Shown: positions 21,070 to 30,940 of the stretch, one piece after another | Position numbering within the stretch: position 1 is the stretch's first letter | How the letters are laid out: the number at the start of each line of letters is the position of its first letter | NCBI GenBank assembly: GCA_016779505.1 | Contig: JADHNM010000001.1 | Location: 1 to 61,604 of the forward strand | Length of the DNA stretch: 61,604 nt | Origin: SAR86 cluster bacterium | GTDB taxonomy: Bacteria > Pseudomonadota > Gammaproteobacteria > Magnimaribacterales > D2472 | Direction of reading: 5' to 3' | Notes under the pieces: generated by a model | What the model saw: only the letters and a program-made list of their open reading frames with translations | Told to the model about the DNA's origin: nothing | The model's database searches: none | Position numbers and translations under genes: made by a program

Positions 21070-22149
21070 TTAAGCAGATTCTTCAAATAAAGGCCTAGAT
21101 AGGTCAGCCCAATCTATATCAGCATCACTTTTTTCTGTGGCGTACTCTAAAATACCTAGATCTTCAAATTTACCTTTCACAGAGTCTCTCAGCAGACCAA
21201 TTCTCCTTAGGTTTGGCATGACTCTTTGAAAAAGAAGTTTTTGAAAATGTTTAGTGATGTCAGAGCTTAATTGAAATTGTCTTGCATCTTCAGCATTCCA
21301 ACCAAAGTGCTCAAACACATCCATTGAAACAAGTCTTTCCCTGCTTAACCAACATGCCTCATAAGCAAACTGAGCTCGGTCTTCTTTTTCATCTTCCGAT
21401 AAAGTTTCAACAAATTCTTCTAGATAATTTATCCCAAAAGTTACATGTCTGGCTTCGTCTCGAATAATTAAACCAAGCATATCTCGTAATACTGGATCCT
21501 TGGTTAGCTCTCTGGAGGTTTGAAACGCAGCTAGTGCCAATCCCTCAATAATAATTTGCATGCCAATAAACTTGAGATCCCATCTTGGGTCAGTAAGAAT
21601 TTTATCTAAAATTGATTTCAAAGCATTGCCAATAGGATACATAAGTTTTGTTCTTGTTTGAATGTACTTATTAAAAGCTTCTACATGCCTAGCCTCATCA
21701 AATGTCTGAGAAGCAGCATAGAGTTTTGCATTATAGGTTGGAGCGCACGAGGTAAGCTGGGAGGCAACAAGAAGCGCCCCTTGCTCCCCATGAAGGAATT
21801 GGCTTTGACTCCATGCAATTCGATGGTTTAGGAATTCTACTTTTTTATCATCAGAAAATTTTTGATACGGCGCATAATCATCCCAAAATATTGGAGTTGG
21901 TTCAGTCAGAGGCTCAAATGGTCTTGACCAATCAACATCAACCTCAACATTCCAATTCAGCTCCTTGCCTAATTCGTAAAGTTTTTTAATCCTATTATCC
22001 TGAATAGTATAATCCCAGTTATATGCTCCAGATAATGGAGTGCTAAAAATTTCTGCGATGTCATTAGCGACACCTTCCGTCATGTAAGGAGGTAAATCTT
22101 CCTCCAATTGAATGTCTCTAGGGTTATTTTTTACGTAATCAATTTTCAT
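21070..22149 (-). CDS. Ferritin-like diiron-carboxylate protein (AurF-like oxygenase family), function unknown
   Basis: Four-helix-bundle ligand pattern: HGEQGAL, FDEARHVEAF (ExxH), IIIEGLALAAF and RDEARHVTFG (ExxH). Confidence 0.65.
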   Translation of the reverse strand: MKIDYVKNNPRDIQLEEDLPPYMTEGVANDIAEIFSTPLSGAYNWDYTIQDNRIKKLYELGKELNWNVEVDVDWSRPFEPLTEPTPIFWDDYAPYQKFSDDKKVEFLNHRIAWSQSQFLHGEQGALLVASQLTSCAPTYNAKLYAASQTFDEARHVEAFNKYIQTRTKLMYPIGNALKSILDKILTDPRWDLKFIGMQIIIEGLALAAFQTSRELTKDPVLRDMLGLIIRDEARHVTFGINYLEEFVETLSEDEKEDRAQFAYEACWLSRERLVSMDVFEHFGWNAEDARQFQLSSDITKHFQKLLFQRVMPNLRRIGLLRDSVKGKFEDLGILEYATEKSDADIDWADLSRPLFEESA

Positions 22150-23195
22150 ATATTTAAGTATTCTCGTTTTACTCTTTGACTCATTTTGGTCATTAGTTCA
22201 TAAGAAAGCAAACCATTTTTTTTGGTATTTTCTAGAATCGATAAATTGGGTGACCATAATTCACACCAATCTCCAATCTTACATTCAGGAATATCGGTAA
22301 CATCAATTGAAATCAAATCCATGCTAACTCTTCCAATAATCTGAGATTGATGGCTATTAACTATTACAGAAGTTCCATCTATGGCTGTTTGGGGGAACCC
22401 GTCAGCATATCCACAATAAACAATAGCAATCTTCGTACGTTGCTTTGTTTTTACTCTTCCACCATATCCAATTCTCTCATCTTTATCTAATGATTGAATA
22501 GATATAATTTGACTTCTAAACGTCATAGCAGTTTTTAAACCAGGAAAGTCAATTCCTCCATACATTGCTATACCTGGTCTAACCCAGTCATAAGCTTGGT
22601 CCGGAAAATTAAATGCTCCTGCAGAATTCAATACACTTCTCTGCATACTTTTTGTGGTTTGGTTCCAGGCATAATCAAAATTCTTAAATTGAGTTATATT
22701 TAGAGCATCTTCGGGATTATCAGCACAAGCTAAATGAGTCATCAAAACATTGGAATCTTTGAAGAGTGGTTCAAACTGGTCAAGCTCATTTAATCTTATA
22801 CCCAGTCTATTCATTCCAGTATTTACTTTAATCCAAAACAGTAAATCGTCTTTATATTGCTTGGCCAGTGGCAACTGAGAAATTGAATGAATGACTGACC
22901 AAATATTATTTTTTTTTAGAGCATCATAAGCATCAGATGAATACACGCCTTGCATTGCTAAAACTGGCTTCGATGAGCTCTCTCTTATCTTAAGAGCTTC
23001 TTGTAATCTAACTACGCCATATCCATCGATAGAATCATCCAATGCATGAGTTGCTTTTTCAAGATCATGTCCATATGCATTACTTTTGATGATGCCCATG
23101 ATTTTGCAGCTCGGAGATAAGTTACTCTTTATTACTTGGATGTTATTTCTCACAAGCTCATAGTCAATTACAAGCTCAGAATTTGGTTCAATCAT
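22146..23195 (-). CDS. alr: Alanine racemase
   Basis: PLP-lysine motif GIIKSNAYGHD and a collinear C-terminal beta domain. Follows dnaB as in E. coli. Confidence 0.9.
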   Translation of the reverse strand: MIEPNSELVIDYELVRNNIQVIKSNLSPSCKIMGIIKSNAYGHDLEKATHALDDSIDGYGVVRLQEALKIRESSSKPVLAMQGVYSSDAYDALKKNNIWSVIHSISQLPLAKQYKDDLLFWIKVNTGMNRLGIRLNELDQFEPLFKDSNVLMTHLACADNPEDALNITQFKNFDYAWNQTTKSMQRSVLNSAGAFNFPDQAYDWVRPGIAMYGGIDFPGLKTAMTFRSQIISIQSLDKDERIGYGGRVKTKQRTKIAIVYCGYADGFPQTAIDGTSVIVNSHQSQIIGRVSMDLISIDVTDIPECKIGDWCELWSPNLSILENTKKNGLLSYELMTKMSQRVKREYLNI

Positions 23196-24562
23196 TGGAT
23201 GGAGTCGTAATAGCTATCAACGGCAAAGTCTTCAAACCTAGTAAACTCCTTAAGAAAAGTTAGGTTCACCTTACCAATAGGACCATTTCTCTGTTTGCCG
23301 ATAATAATTTCAGCCTTATTACCCTCTTCAGAGTCTTCGTTATAAACCTCGTCTCTGTAAATAAATAAAATTACGTCTGCATCTTGCTCAATGGCACCTG
23401 AATCTCTTAAATCAGCCATGATAGGTCTCTTATTGGGCCTTTGTTCTACAGCTCGATTCAGCTGTGATAATGCAATAACAGGTACATTAAGCTCTTTTGC
23501 AAGCATTTTTAAAGATCGAGAAATTTCTGAAATTTGATTTACTCTATTTTCCTGTGAGGCAGGTAACTGCATTAACTGAAGATAATCAACTACTATCAAT
23601 GACAGTCCGTTTGGCTCTTGTCTAGCAATTCGTCTAGCTCTTGCCCGCAACTCCATGGGTGAAAGCATTGAGCTATCATCTATATAAAGAGGTAAATCCT
23701 TTAATTTAGAAGATGATTCCATAAACTTTTTTAGATCAGATTGATTCATTGAGGCTGATCTAACTTTTTGTTGATCAATCTTAGCGTTACTCGCTAGCAA
23801 TCTAGTGGTTAATGACTCAGCAGGCATCTCAAGACTAAATACCAAAACCCCACCAGGTATATCTTTATTAAGAATAAGATTTTCAACAATGTTCATACTA
23901 AGAGCTGTTTTACCCATGCTTGGTCTAGCAGCAACAATTATCAAGTCTCCATTTTGAAGGCCCTGCAACTTACTATCAAGATCCTTATAACCTGTAGAGG
24001 CTCCGAGCAAGGAAGATCCATTTTTTGCAATTTCATTCATTCTCTCAATTGATTGAGGAATAAGCTCATCTAGCTTCTGAATATTAGTTGATGTTCTGCT
24101 AGCCTCATCATTTAATGAAAAAATTTTTGTTTCAGCCTCATCGAGCAATTCAGCAGCATCCTTACCTTGAGGATTAATAATCAGTTCAGAGATTTCAGAA
24201 TTGATTTTCATCAGCCTTCTTGAAATAGACTTCTGCCTGATCATTCCAGCATAAGCTTCTAAATTTGCTGCAGAGGGACTCGTAGATGCTAAATCAATCA
24301 AATAATTCTTACCACCTGCTCTAGTAAGAAGATTTTTGCTGTCGAGTCTATCTGAAACTGTTAATGGATCTAGGGGTTTATTAGAATAAACAAGCTCACC
24401 CATGGACTGAAAAATATTTTGATGATCTTGACCCTCAAAATCTGTAAATTCAATGATTTCGCTAACAGCATCATATCTTTCTGTTTCAAGCATCAGTCCG
24501 CCCAGCACGGCTCTTTCGAGCTCTCTAACTTGCTCTGTATTTTCTATGGACTTACTAGACAT
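23192..24562 (-). CDS. dnaB: Replicative DNA helicase DnaB
   Basis: Walker A ARPSMGKTA, plus SLEMP, VVDYLQLM and LSQLNRAVEQR. No intein. Confidence 0.97.
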   Translation of the reverse strand: MSSKSIENTEQVRELERAVLGGLMLETERYDAVSEIIEFTDFEGQDHQNIFQSMGELVYSNKPLDPLTVSDRLDSKNLLTRAGGKNYLIDLASTSPSAANLEAYAGMIRQKSISRRLMKINSEISELIINPQGKDAAELLDEAETKIFSLNDEASRTSTNIQKLDELIPQSIERMNEIAKNGSSLLGASTGYKDLDSKLQGLQNGDLIIVAARPSMGKTALSMNIVENLILNKDIPGGVLVFSLEMPAESLTTRLLASNAKIDQQKVRSASMNQSDLKKFMESSSKLKDLPLYIDDSSMLSPMELRARARRIARQEPNGLSLIVVDYLQLMQLPASQENRVNQISEISRSLKMLAKELNVPVIALSQLNRAVEQRPNKRPIMADLRDSGAIEQDADVILFIYRDEVYNEDSEEGNKAEIIIGKQRNGPIGKVNLTFLKEFTRFEDFAVDSYYDSIQ

Positions 24563-24598
24563 AAATATGATTCTTGCATCATATTATTAAGATAACAA

Positions 24599-25045
24599 CT
24601 ACTCTGGTTGAACAGAGACCTCAACAACGCATGAAACTTCAGGATGGAATAACAAAGTAATCGAATAATCCCCAAGCTCTTTTAAAGGTCCGTCAGGTAA
24701 TTGAATGACGCTTTTATCTAAAATATGATCAGCTTCACTAAATGCATCTGAAATTTCTCTGGTTCCAACTGAGCCGTAAAGTGCACCTTCCTCAGTCACC
24801 TGAACTTTAATTTCAACCTTAGCACCGGAAATTGCATCAGCTTTGCCTTGAGCATTTGCCATCTCATCAGCTGAAGCTGCAGCTAGTTCGGCTTTCTTGC
24901 TCTCAACATACTTTAGGTTGTCATCAGAAGCAAACATAGCTTTCTTCTTGGGAATAAGAAAATTTCTGGCATATCCTGAGCTCACCTCAACAACATCACC
25001 AATTTCACCTAATTTTTGGATTTTATCTAAAAGTATAATTTTCAT
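24599..25045 (-). CDS. rplI: 50S ribosomal protein L9
   Basis: Starts MKIILLDKIQKLGEIGDVVEVSSGYARNFLIP. Confidence 0.96.
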   Translation of the reverse strand: MKIILLDKIQKLGEIGDVVEVSSGYARNFLIPKKKAMFASDDNLKYVESKKAELAAASADEMANAQGKADAISGAKVEIKVQVTEEGALYGSVGTREISDAFSEADHILDKSVIQLPDGPLKELGDYSITLLFHPEVSCVVEVSVQPE

Positions 25046-25048
25046 AAT

Positions 25049-25240
25049 TTATCTATGTGAGTCTGTGTATGGAAGCAAGGCCAAAAAGCGAGCAATCTTT
25101 ATTGCTTTTGTTAATTTCCTCTGTTCCGACGCGCTGATATTTGAAACTCTTGCAGGTATGATTTTTCCTGTCTCAGTGATATACCTTTTCAAAAGATCAA
25201 CATTCTTATAATTAAAATTTTTGTTATTAGACTCACTCAT
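25049..25240 (-). CDS. rpsR: 30S ribosomal protein S18 (short, 63 aa)
   Basis: [17 protein letters not shown]...[17 protein letters not shown]. An in-frame stop lies 2 codons upstream of the ATG. Confidence 0.93.
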   Translation of the reverse strand: MSESNNKNFNYKNVDLLKRYITETGKIIPARVSNISASEQRKLTKAIKIARFLALLPYTDSHR

Positions 25241-25680
25241 TATTCACCATCCTTTGATTCATCTTTAGCAACAGTTTCAGCAGCTTGATTTTGTTCTGCT
25301 AGAGTTACTTTTGGCTTCTCTTGGCTCTGCTCTTCCTCTTGAGGAGCTTTTTTTGCTTCCCTGGATTCTATAAGTAACAATGAATCCTCTAGAGATGGGG
25401 AATCAACCTTTAATAAAAGATGGCGTATAACAGATGTATCGTATTTTAATTTAGATTCAAGCTCTAACGCAGATTCTGATGGCCCTTCTATTTGGAAAAT
25501 AGCATAATGCCCTTTATTATGATTTAGAATGCTATAGGCTAGCTGTCTACGACCAATGTTTTCAAGCTTATTGATTGTGAAATTTATATCAGCCAAAGTT
25601 TTTTCGAACTTTGTTTGAAAGTCATCAAACTTAGTGGATAAGTCAGGGTTAAGTATTAAAGTTAATTCGTAATTATTCAT
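25240..25680 (-). CDS. rpsF: 30S ribosomal protein S6 with an acidic C-terminal tail
   Basis: [13 protein letters not shown]...GRRQLAYSI. Overlaps rpsR by 1 nt (TAATG). Confidence 0.95.
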   Translation of the reverse strand: MNNYELTLILNPDLSTKFDDFQTKFEKTLADINFTINKLENIGRRQLAYSILNHNKGHYAIFQIEGPSESALELESKLKYDTSVIRHLLLKVDSPSLEDSLLLIESREAKKAPQEEEQSQEKPKVTLAEQNQAAETVAKDESKDGE

Positions 25681-25735
25681 ATTTTTCCTTGTGGGTTAGT
25701 AGATTTTTTGAACATCAAAAAACCAAGGAGCGTGA

Positions 25736-25764
25736 ATTCTATGCCAAATATACCCAGCAATCAA
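25736..25764 (-). promoter_or_regulatory. Putative sigma-70 promoter for rpsF-rpsR-rplI
   Basis: The minus strand reads TTGATT-N17-TAGAAT in the 80-nt ftsA-rpsF gap. The -35 overlaps the ftsA stop codon. Chance matches are common in AT-rich DNA. Confidence 0.3.
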
Positions 25765-26990
25765 TAATTATTTTTTAAGAAACCAAAAGCTCTATCAAAA
25801 AAACTTTTATTATTTTCCAGTGTATAGCCCTGTTTCATTTGATCAAAACCAAAGCCTACCAGACCTAAAGCAGTAGCATATATTGGATTTTTTAGTACTG
25901 ACTCCATCCCACTAAATTTTTCTGGAATACCTAGTCTAACGCTTGTTTGAAAAATAGACTCGGCCAGGGCAACGGCTCCTTCCATTTTTGAGGTGCCACC
26001 TGTAAGTACTATTCCAGCCGGGATTTTATTTTCGAAACCATTACGTTTAATTTCTGCCTTAACTAAATCAAAAAGCTCCACATATCTTGGTTCAATAATT
26101 TCAGCCAGTGAGCGTCTTGATAAGTCTTCTGGAGGTCTGCCGCCAACTCTCATTACTTCTAAAGTTTCTCCATCATGAGTAAGTTCCGCTGCTGCACAAC
26201 CATGCTTTTGTTTTATATCTTCTGCCTGGGCAGTAGGAGTTCTTAAGGCTACAGCTATGTCGCTGGTTACCTGATCACCTGCTATAGGAATCACTCCAGT
26301 AAATGATATTGAGCCAGAATTAAATACAGCAATATCAGTGGTACCTCCGCCAATGTCCACCAAACAAACTCCAAGCTCTTTCTCATCCTCAGATAAAACA
26401 GAATATGAGCTGGCTAGCTGCTCTAAAACAAAACCATCGACACCAATTCCACATCGTTTAACACATTTCTCTATATTCTGTATTGCATTATTAGCGCAGG
26501 TAACCAAATGCACATGGGATTCTAGCCTCACACCAGACATTCCAAGTGGCTCTCTAATAGAGTCTTGATTATCAATAACATATTCTTGAGGTAGAACATG
26601 AAGCACTCTTTGATCTGATGGTATTGCAACTGCTTGAGCTGCTTCAATTACTCTATCTATATCACTTGCTTCAACTTCTTTATCTTTTATTCCTACTATT
26701 CCATGAGAATTTAAACTGCGAATATGGTTTCCTGCAATCCCAACATATACATTTTTAATTTTTCCTTCAAATGACGCTTGCGCTTGATCTATAGATTTTT
26801 GAATTGCATCGGTGGTTGCATCAATATTCACTACAACACCTTTTTTAAGACCGCTAGATGGATAAGACCCCATCGATACAACTTCAAGAGAATGTTGATC
26901 AACATATTTGCCAATTATACAAACAACCTTCGAGGTTCCAATATCTAACCCGACGACATGGTCGGAATCTTTTGTTCCATTATTTGCCAT
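25761..26990 (-). CDS. ftsA: Cell division protein FtsA
   Basis: Actin-like ATPase (VVGLDIGTSKV, DIGGGTTDIAVF) with a C-terminal amphipathic helix. Confidence 0.96.
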   Translation of the reverse strand: MANNGTKDSDHVVGLDIGTSKVVCIIGKYVDQHSLEVVSMGSYPSSGLKKGVVVNIDATTDAIQKSIDQAQASFEGKIKNVYVGIAGNHIRSLNSHGIVGIKDKEVEASDIDRVIEAAQAVAIPSDQRVLHVLPQEYVIDNQDSIREPLGMSGVRLESHVHLVTCANNAIQNIEKCVKRCGIGVDGFVLEQLASSYSVLSEDEKELGVCLVDIGGGTTDIAVFNSGSISFTGVIPIAGDQVTSDIAVALRTPTAQAEDIKQKHGCAAAELTHDGETLEVMRVGGRPPEDLSRRSLAEIIEPRYVELFDLVKAEIKRNGFENKIPAGIVLTGGTSKMEGAVALAESIFQTSVRLGIPEKFSGMESVLKNPIYATALGLVGFGFDQMKQGYTLENNKSFFDRAFGFLKNNY

Positions 26991-27654
26991 AATTTAAAGC
27001 CGCTCCATCTCTGTATCTTAAATCAATAATACTAGGAGTTAAGTTTTTTTCGAAAATATATTTTAAGGTTAATGAAAGTTTTTCCAATACTTTAGAGGAT
27101 AAATCTGAGCCTAGCTTTATTTGCAAATTACTTTTAGTCTTCAAATGCCATCCTTCCGCTTCTGCATAAGAAATGGAAGAAATATTAAGGTTGTGGGCTG
27201 CGGTTAACGCATAAATTTCTGCTTCAACTTCTAGCCACTCATCAACAAATTCAATCGGCATATTTAAATGCAACAAGTCAGGAAATTCACCAAAATACAA
27301 AAACTTATTTAGCTTTGCATCTAAATAAAAATTTTCCTGCCAAATATATTTCGGCTCTTTTAAATCGATAAATATTTCTAGCGGCTTGAATGCATATTTT
27401 TTAATCAAAAAAGAATTAATCCAGTTTTGGTTATCTAGAAATTTTGATAGCTTTTTAATAGAGGTATTGCTTGATAAATTAAAGACTAATTCCTGGGCTT
27501 TTTTTAAAGTTGGGGGCTTCTCAAAAACTACTATAATCTTTTGGTTGTTGTTGCCTGAACAGCCAAATAAGATAGGCATTAAAAGTATAAATGCTAAACC
27601 TGTTCTAATTAGCATTGATAATTTCTTGCACAAGTTGATTGTATGAAAGCCCAA
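26980..27654 (-). CDS. ftsQ: Cell division protein FtsQ (short, divergent)
   Basis: Sits between ddl and ftsA. Has an N-terminal hydrophobic segment and a POTRA-like/FtsQ-type beta domain. The likely start is the internal MLIRTGL (27615). Low sequence conservation. Confidence 0.7.
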   Translation of the reverse strand: MGFHTINLCKKLSMLIRTGLAFILLMPILFGCSGNNNQKIIVVFEKPPTLKKAQELVFNLSSNTSIKKLSKFLDNQNWINSFLIKKYAFKPLEIFIDLKEPKYIWQENFYLDAKLNKFLYFGEFPDLLHLNMPIEFVDEWLEVEAEIYALTAAHNLNISSISYAEAEGWHLKTKSNLQIKLGSDLSSKVLEKLSLTLKYIFEKNLTPSIIDLRYRDGAALNYGK

Positions 27655-28519
27655 TTGACTCTGCAGATTTAGGAAATAGACTATGAGAAGTCATTCCAGG
27701 AGCAGTATTAACTTCGAGCACATAAAATTTATTATTTCTGTCCTGCATAAGATCAACCCTCAACCAACCAGAACAACCTGAAACATCGAGTGTCTTAAGG
27801 CAGATTTTCTCAAGCTTATTTTTATCATCTGTTGAAAGTACAAGCTCGGTAAGTTGAGTATCTTCATTCACGTATTTCGCATTGAAGTTATAAAAGGATT
27901 CAGAGGTTTTGATCTCTACAGCAGGTAAACATCTGCCATTTAAAATTGGAACAGTAAGCTCCTTAAAGTCTATGCTCTCTTCCAAAATAAATGTTCTCCT
28001 AGGATCTGCACAATTACAAATAGCATTCTCTAAATCCTTGTTACAGGAAATTTTGAATACATCTATGCTTGATCCATCCTCTGCTGGCTTTAAAAATAGC
28101 TCCTTGAATGGTTTAAGTTGATTAAAAAAAGGGTTGTCTAAATCTTTTTCCATTTCAAGCAATGAAGGAATGGTAATCCAGTTTGGAGTAGGAATTTTAT
28201 TATCTTTAAGAAGCTCTTTACAGGTATTTTTGTTCCAAGTATTTACACAAGCTTGATGATGGCTCCCCGAAAAGGGAATGCACTTTTGCTGTAAAAGTTT
28301 TTGTAATTCTCCTGATTCGCCATCCTCACCATGAAGGGCAATAAAAATAAAATCTTCTTTTGTAAGCTGTTGAGGTGAAAAGTTTTTTGGATAGTCGATA
28401 AGTTGGGCTTCGTATCCTAACTCTTTGACTGCTTGAAATATGTATTTTCCACTCTCAAGGGAAACTTCACGCTCAGAAGACTTTCCTCCATATAAAACTA
28501 TAATTTTTTTTATTGCCAC
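27605..28519 (-). CDS. ddl: D-alanine--D-alanine ligase
   Basis: GGKSSEREVSLESG, ALHGEDGESG and EVNTAPGMTSHSL. Confidence 0.95.
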   Translation of the reverse strand: MAIKKIIVLYGGKSSEREVSLESGKYIFQAVKELGYEAQLIDYPKNFSPQQLTKEDFIFIALHGEDGESGELQKLLQQKCIPFSGSHHQACVNTWNKNTCKELLKDNKIPTPNWITIPSLLEMEKDLDNPFFNQLKPFKELFLKPAEDGSSIDVFKISCNKDLENAICNCADPRRTFILEESIDFKELTVPILNGRCLPAVEIKTSESFYNFNAKYVNEDTQLTELVLSTDDKNKLEKICLKTLDVSGCSGWLRVDLMQDRNNKFYVLEVNTAPGMTSHSLFPKSAESIGLSYNQLVQEIINAN

Positions 28520-29901
28520 TTTTTTTTTATCTTCTTATTCAGTTTTGAAATTGTTCCTGCCCCTTGAGTGATTAAAATAGAAAAATCTTGATGATTTTCT
28601 TGAAGCCAGTTCATGGGATCTTTCTTTCCAATATAATGGACGTTTTTGTGATTTTTTAATATCTGAGAGGCGAGTTTTTTAGAAGAAATTCCTTTAATAG
28701 GTTTTTCACTAGCTGGATAAATATCTAACAAAAGAAGAAAATCTACCTTTGATAGCACTTTTTTAAAATCATCAAAAAGCTGTTGCGTTCTTGTAAATCT
28801 ATGAGGTTCAAAAATCATGCATATTTTTTGACGAGGAAATTTTTCCTTAGCAGCAAGAACGGTTGATAGAATTTCAGCAGGATGATGACCATAATCATCT
28901 ATCAACACATGAGGACGCTTGGAAAAATAAATTTTTGAAAGCTCAAATCTCCTTCCAACGCCTCTAAAATCAGCTAACCCTTTGGCAATGTCCTTAACTG
29001 ATATTTTTTCTTCAATGGCTACACAAATAGCAGCAGTAACATTGTATAAATTATGTCTACCACTTAAATTCGTAGAAAATTTATAATATTTTTTATTGGA
29101 ATGATCTGTTAATTGAAATTTTTGAAGGCCATTTTCTAACTTTGCATCAGTTATTTGAAATCTATTTTTTGAATTAAAACCAAAAGTTATCTGCCTTCTA
29201 TGTATATCTTTTGAAATTTTACGAATGTTTGAATCATCTAAATTAAGCAAAATATGGCCATAGAAAGGTAAATTTTCGGCAAAACTAACAAAAGATTGAT
29301 TTAATTTTTCTTGATTTGAGTCATAAAAACTTAAATGGTCATTATCAATGTTGGTAATTACAGCAATATCAGGTTGTAGATGCAAAAATGATCCATCGCT
29401 TTCATCGGCCTCTACAATTATATAGTTTCCATCCCCAAGGTTAGAGCTTCTACCAACGCTAAGAACTTGGCCTCCCACCACATATGTAGGACTCAAATTA
29501 GCTGCATTAAAAATACTGGCAATGATGCTCGTTGTAGATGTCTTGCCATGACTCCCAGCAATCGCAATGCTCCGATATGGCTTCATCAGAGTCCCAAGCA
29601 TCTCTGCCCTTGGAATAATAGTTAATCCAGATTTCTTGGCATATGAAAGCTCGGGGTTTCTCTTGGATATTGCTGACGAAGCAACAACTAAATCTGCTTT
29701 TAAAACAAGCCTTGGTTCATGGCCTATTTGAACTTTAGCGCCAAGTTTTTTTAATTCTTTCAACTCATCTGTAATAACAAGGTCTGAACCTGAAACTTTA
29801 AAACCTCGTTTTTGCAAAATAGTGGCAACTCCAATCATTCCAGATCCACCAATGCCGATCATATGAATTTTTTTGAACTTTTGAAATCCTAGAGAGGTCA
29901 T
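28510..29901 (-). CDS. murC: UDP-N-acetylmuramate--L-alanine ligase
   Basis: IHMIGIGGSGM, AGSHGKTSTTS and DDYGHHPAE. Confidence 0.95.
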   Translation of the reverse strand: MTSLGFQKFKKIHMIGIGGSGMIGVATILQKRGFKVSGSDLVITDELKELKKLGAKVQIGHEPRLVLKADLVVASSAISKRNPELSYAKKSGLTIIPRAEMLGTLMKPYRSIAIAGSHGKTSTTSIIASIFNAANLSPTYVVGGQVLSVGRSSNLGDGNYIIVEADESDGSFLHLQPDIAVITNIDNDHLSFYDSNQEKLNQSFVSFAENLPFYGHILLNLDDSNIRKISKDIHRRQITFGFNSKNRFQITDAKLENGLQKFQLTDHSNKKYYKFSTNLSGRHNLYNVTAAICVAIEEKISVKDIAKGLADFRGVGRRFELSKIYFSKRPHVLIDDYGHHPAEILSTVLAAKEKFPRQKICMIFEPHRFTRTQQLFDDFKKVLSKVDFLLLLDIYPASEKPIKGISSKKLASQILKNHKNVHYIGKKDPMNWLQENHQDFSILITQGAGTISKLNKKIKKKWQ

Positions 29902-29908
29902 CTATTTT

Positions 29909-30940
29909 TTAAAATTTTAAAATTGAACTTAACATTCTTCTAGCGGCTTGAAAATGATCTAAATTGTTTTCTTTGTTTGACCATTCTTCATAAAGTTTAT
30001 TCTCAATAATTTTTAGAAGCTTTTTAGAAAGAGATTCATGAGATTCAGACTCTTCATGAATCAACCCCATATCTAAATTAACAATATTAATTGCATTTAA
30101 GAGCTGGTGATTATCAATGGCTGATGGCAAAGGAATAATCACTGATCCTCTGTTTAATGTTATAGCCTCTGAGAGAGACAGCGCACCTCCCCTAGAAATA
30201 ATAAAATCTGACCATAGAATTTGATCATGAGGTGAATCATAGAACTCCCCTACCTCGACAGAAATATTACTTGAATACAATTCTTTCACTCCTTCAGATT
30301 TTCCATTTCCAGATTGATGCCTTACCTCTAATGGTGTGTTTAATGAATTTAAGGCTATAGGTACATTTTTATTGATAAATTCAGAGCCTTGACTGCCACC
30401 AGTCACATAAACCCTTGGTAGTTGATGCTTTTGAGTTGCTGATGAGCTTTCTTTTGATTGCTTTATTGGATTCCCTACGAGCATCATGTTTTTGGTAACT
30501 GGCTCATTTATTGGGAATCCTAAAAAAATTATTTTTGAAAATTGTTTTAATACTTTATTAGAAGTTCCCAGAATTGCATTTTGCTCGTGCAAGAAAAGAG
30601 GTTTTCTGCAAACCCATGCTGACAAACCGACAGGTAAAGAGACATAACCCCCGAAGCAAACAACGTAATCAATCTTATTTTTTTGCAAGTAAAAAATACT
30701 TATAAAAATTGATGTTATTAAACCTATTAATGAAGTAATTTTAAAAATTAAATTCTTTCCTCTGAAGCCTCTCATGGGAATAGTTAAAAGTTTTATATTG
30801 CTAGGAACAACTCTTTTTTCTATGCCAGTTTTTGTTCCAATCCAAATAACCTCATGATTATTTTTAACACATTCTTTACCAAACTCTAATGCTGGAAAAA
30901 CATGGCCTCCGGTTCCTGCTGCAGAAATTAAAAATTTCAT
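29909..30940 (-). CDS. murG: Lipid II-forming N-acetylglucosaminyltransferase MurG
   Basis: AAGTGGHVFPAL, TGGSQGS and the GT28 C-terminal domain. Confidence 0.94.
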   Translation of the reverse strand: MKFLISAAGTGGHVFPALEFGKECVKNNHEVIWIGTKTGIEKRVVPSNIKLLTIPMRGFRGKNLIFKITSLIGLITSIFISIFYLQKNKIDYVVCFGGYVSLPVGLSAWVCRKPLFLHEQNAILGTSNKVLKQFSKIIFLGFPINEPVTKNMMLVGNPIKQSKESSSATQKHQLPRVYVTGGSQGSEFINKNVPIALNSLNTPLEVRHQSGNGKSEGVKELYSSNISVEVGEFYDSPHDQILWSDFIISRGGALSLSEAITLNRGSVIIPLPSAIDNHQLLNAINIVNLDMGLIHEESESHESLSKKLLKIIENKLYEEWSNKENNLDHFQAARRMLSSILKF

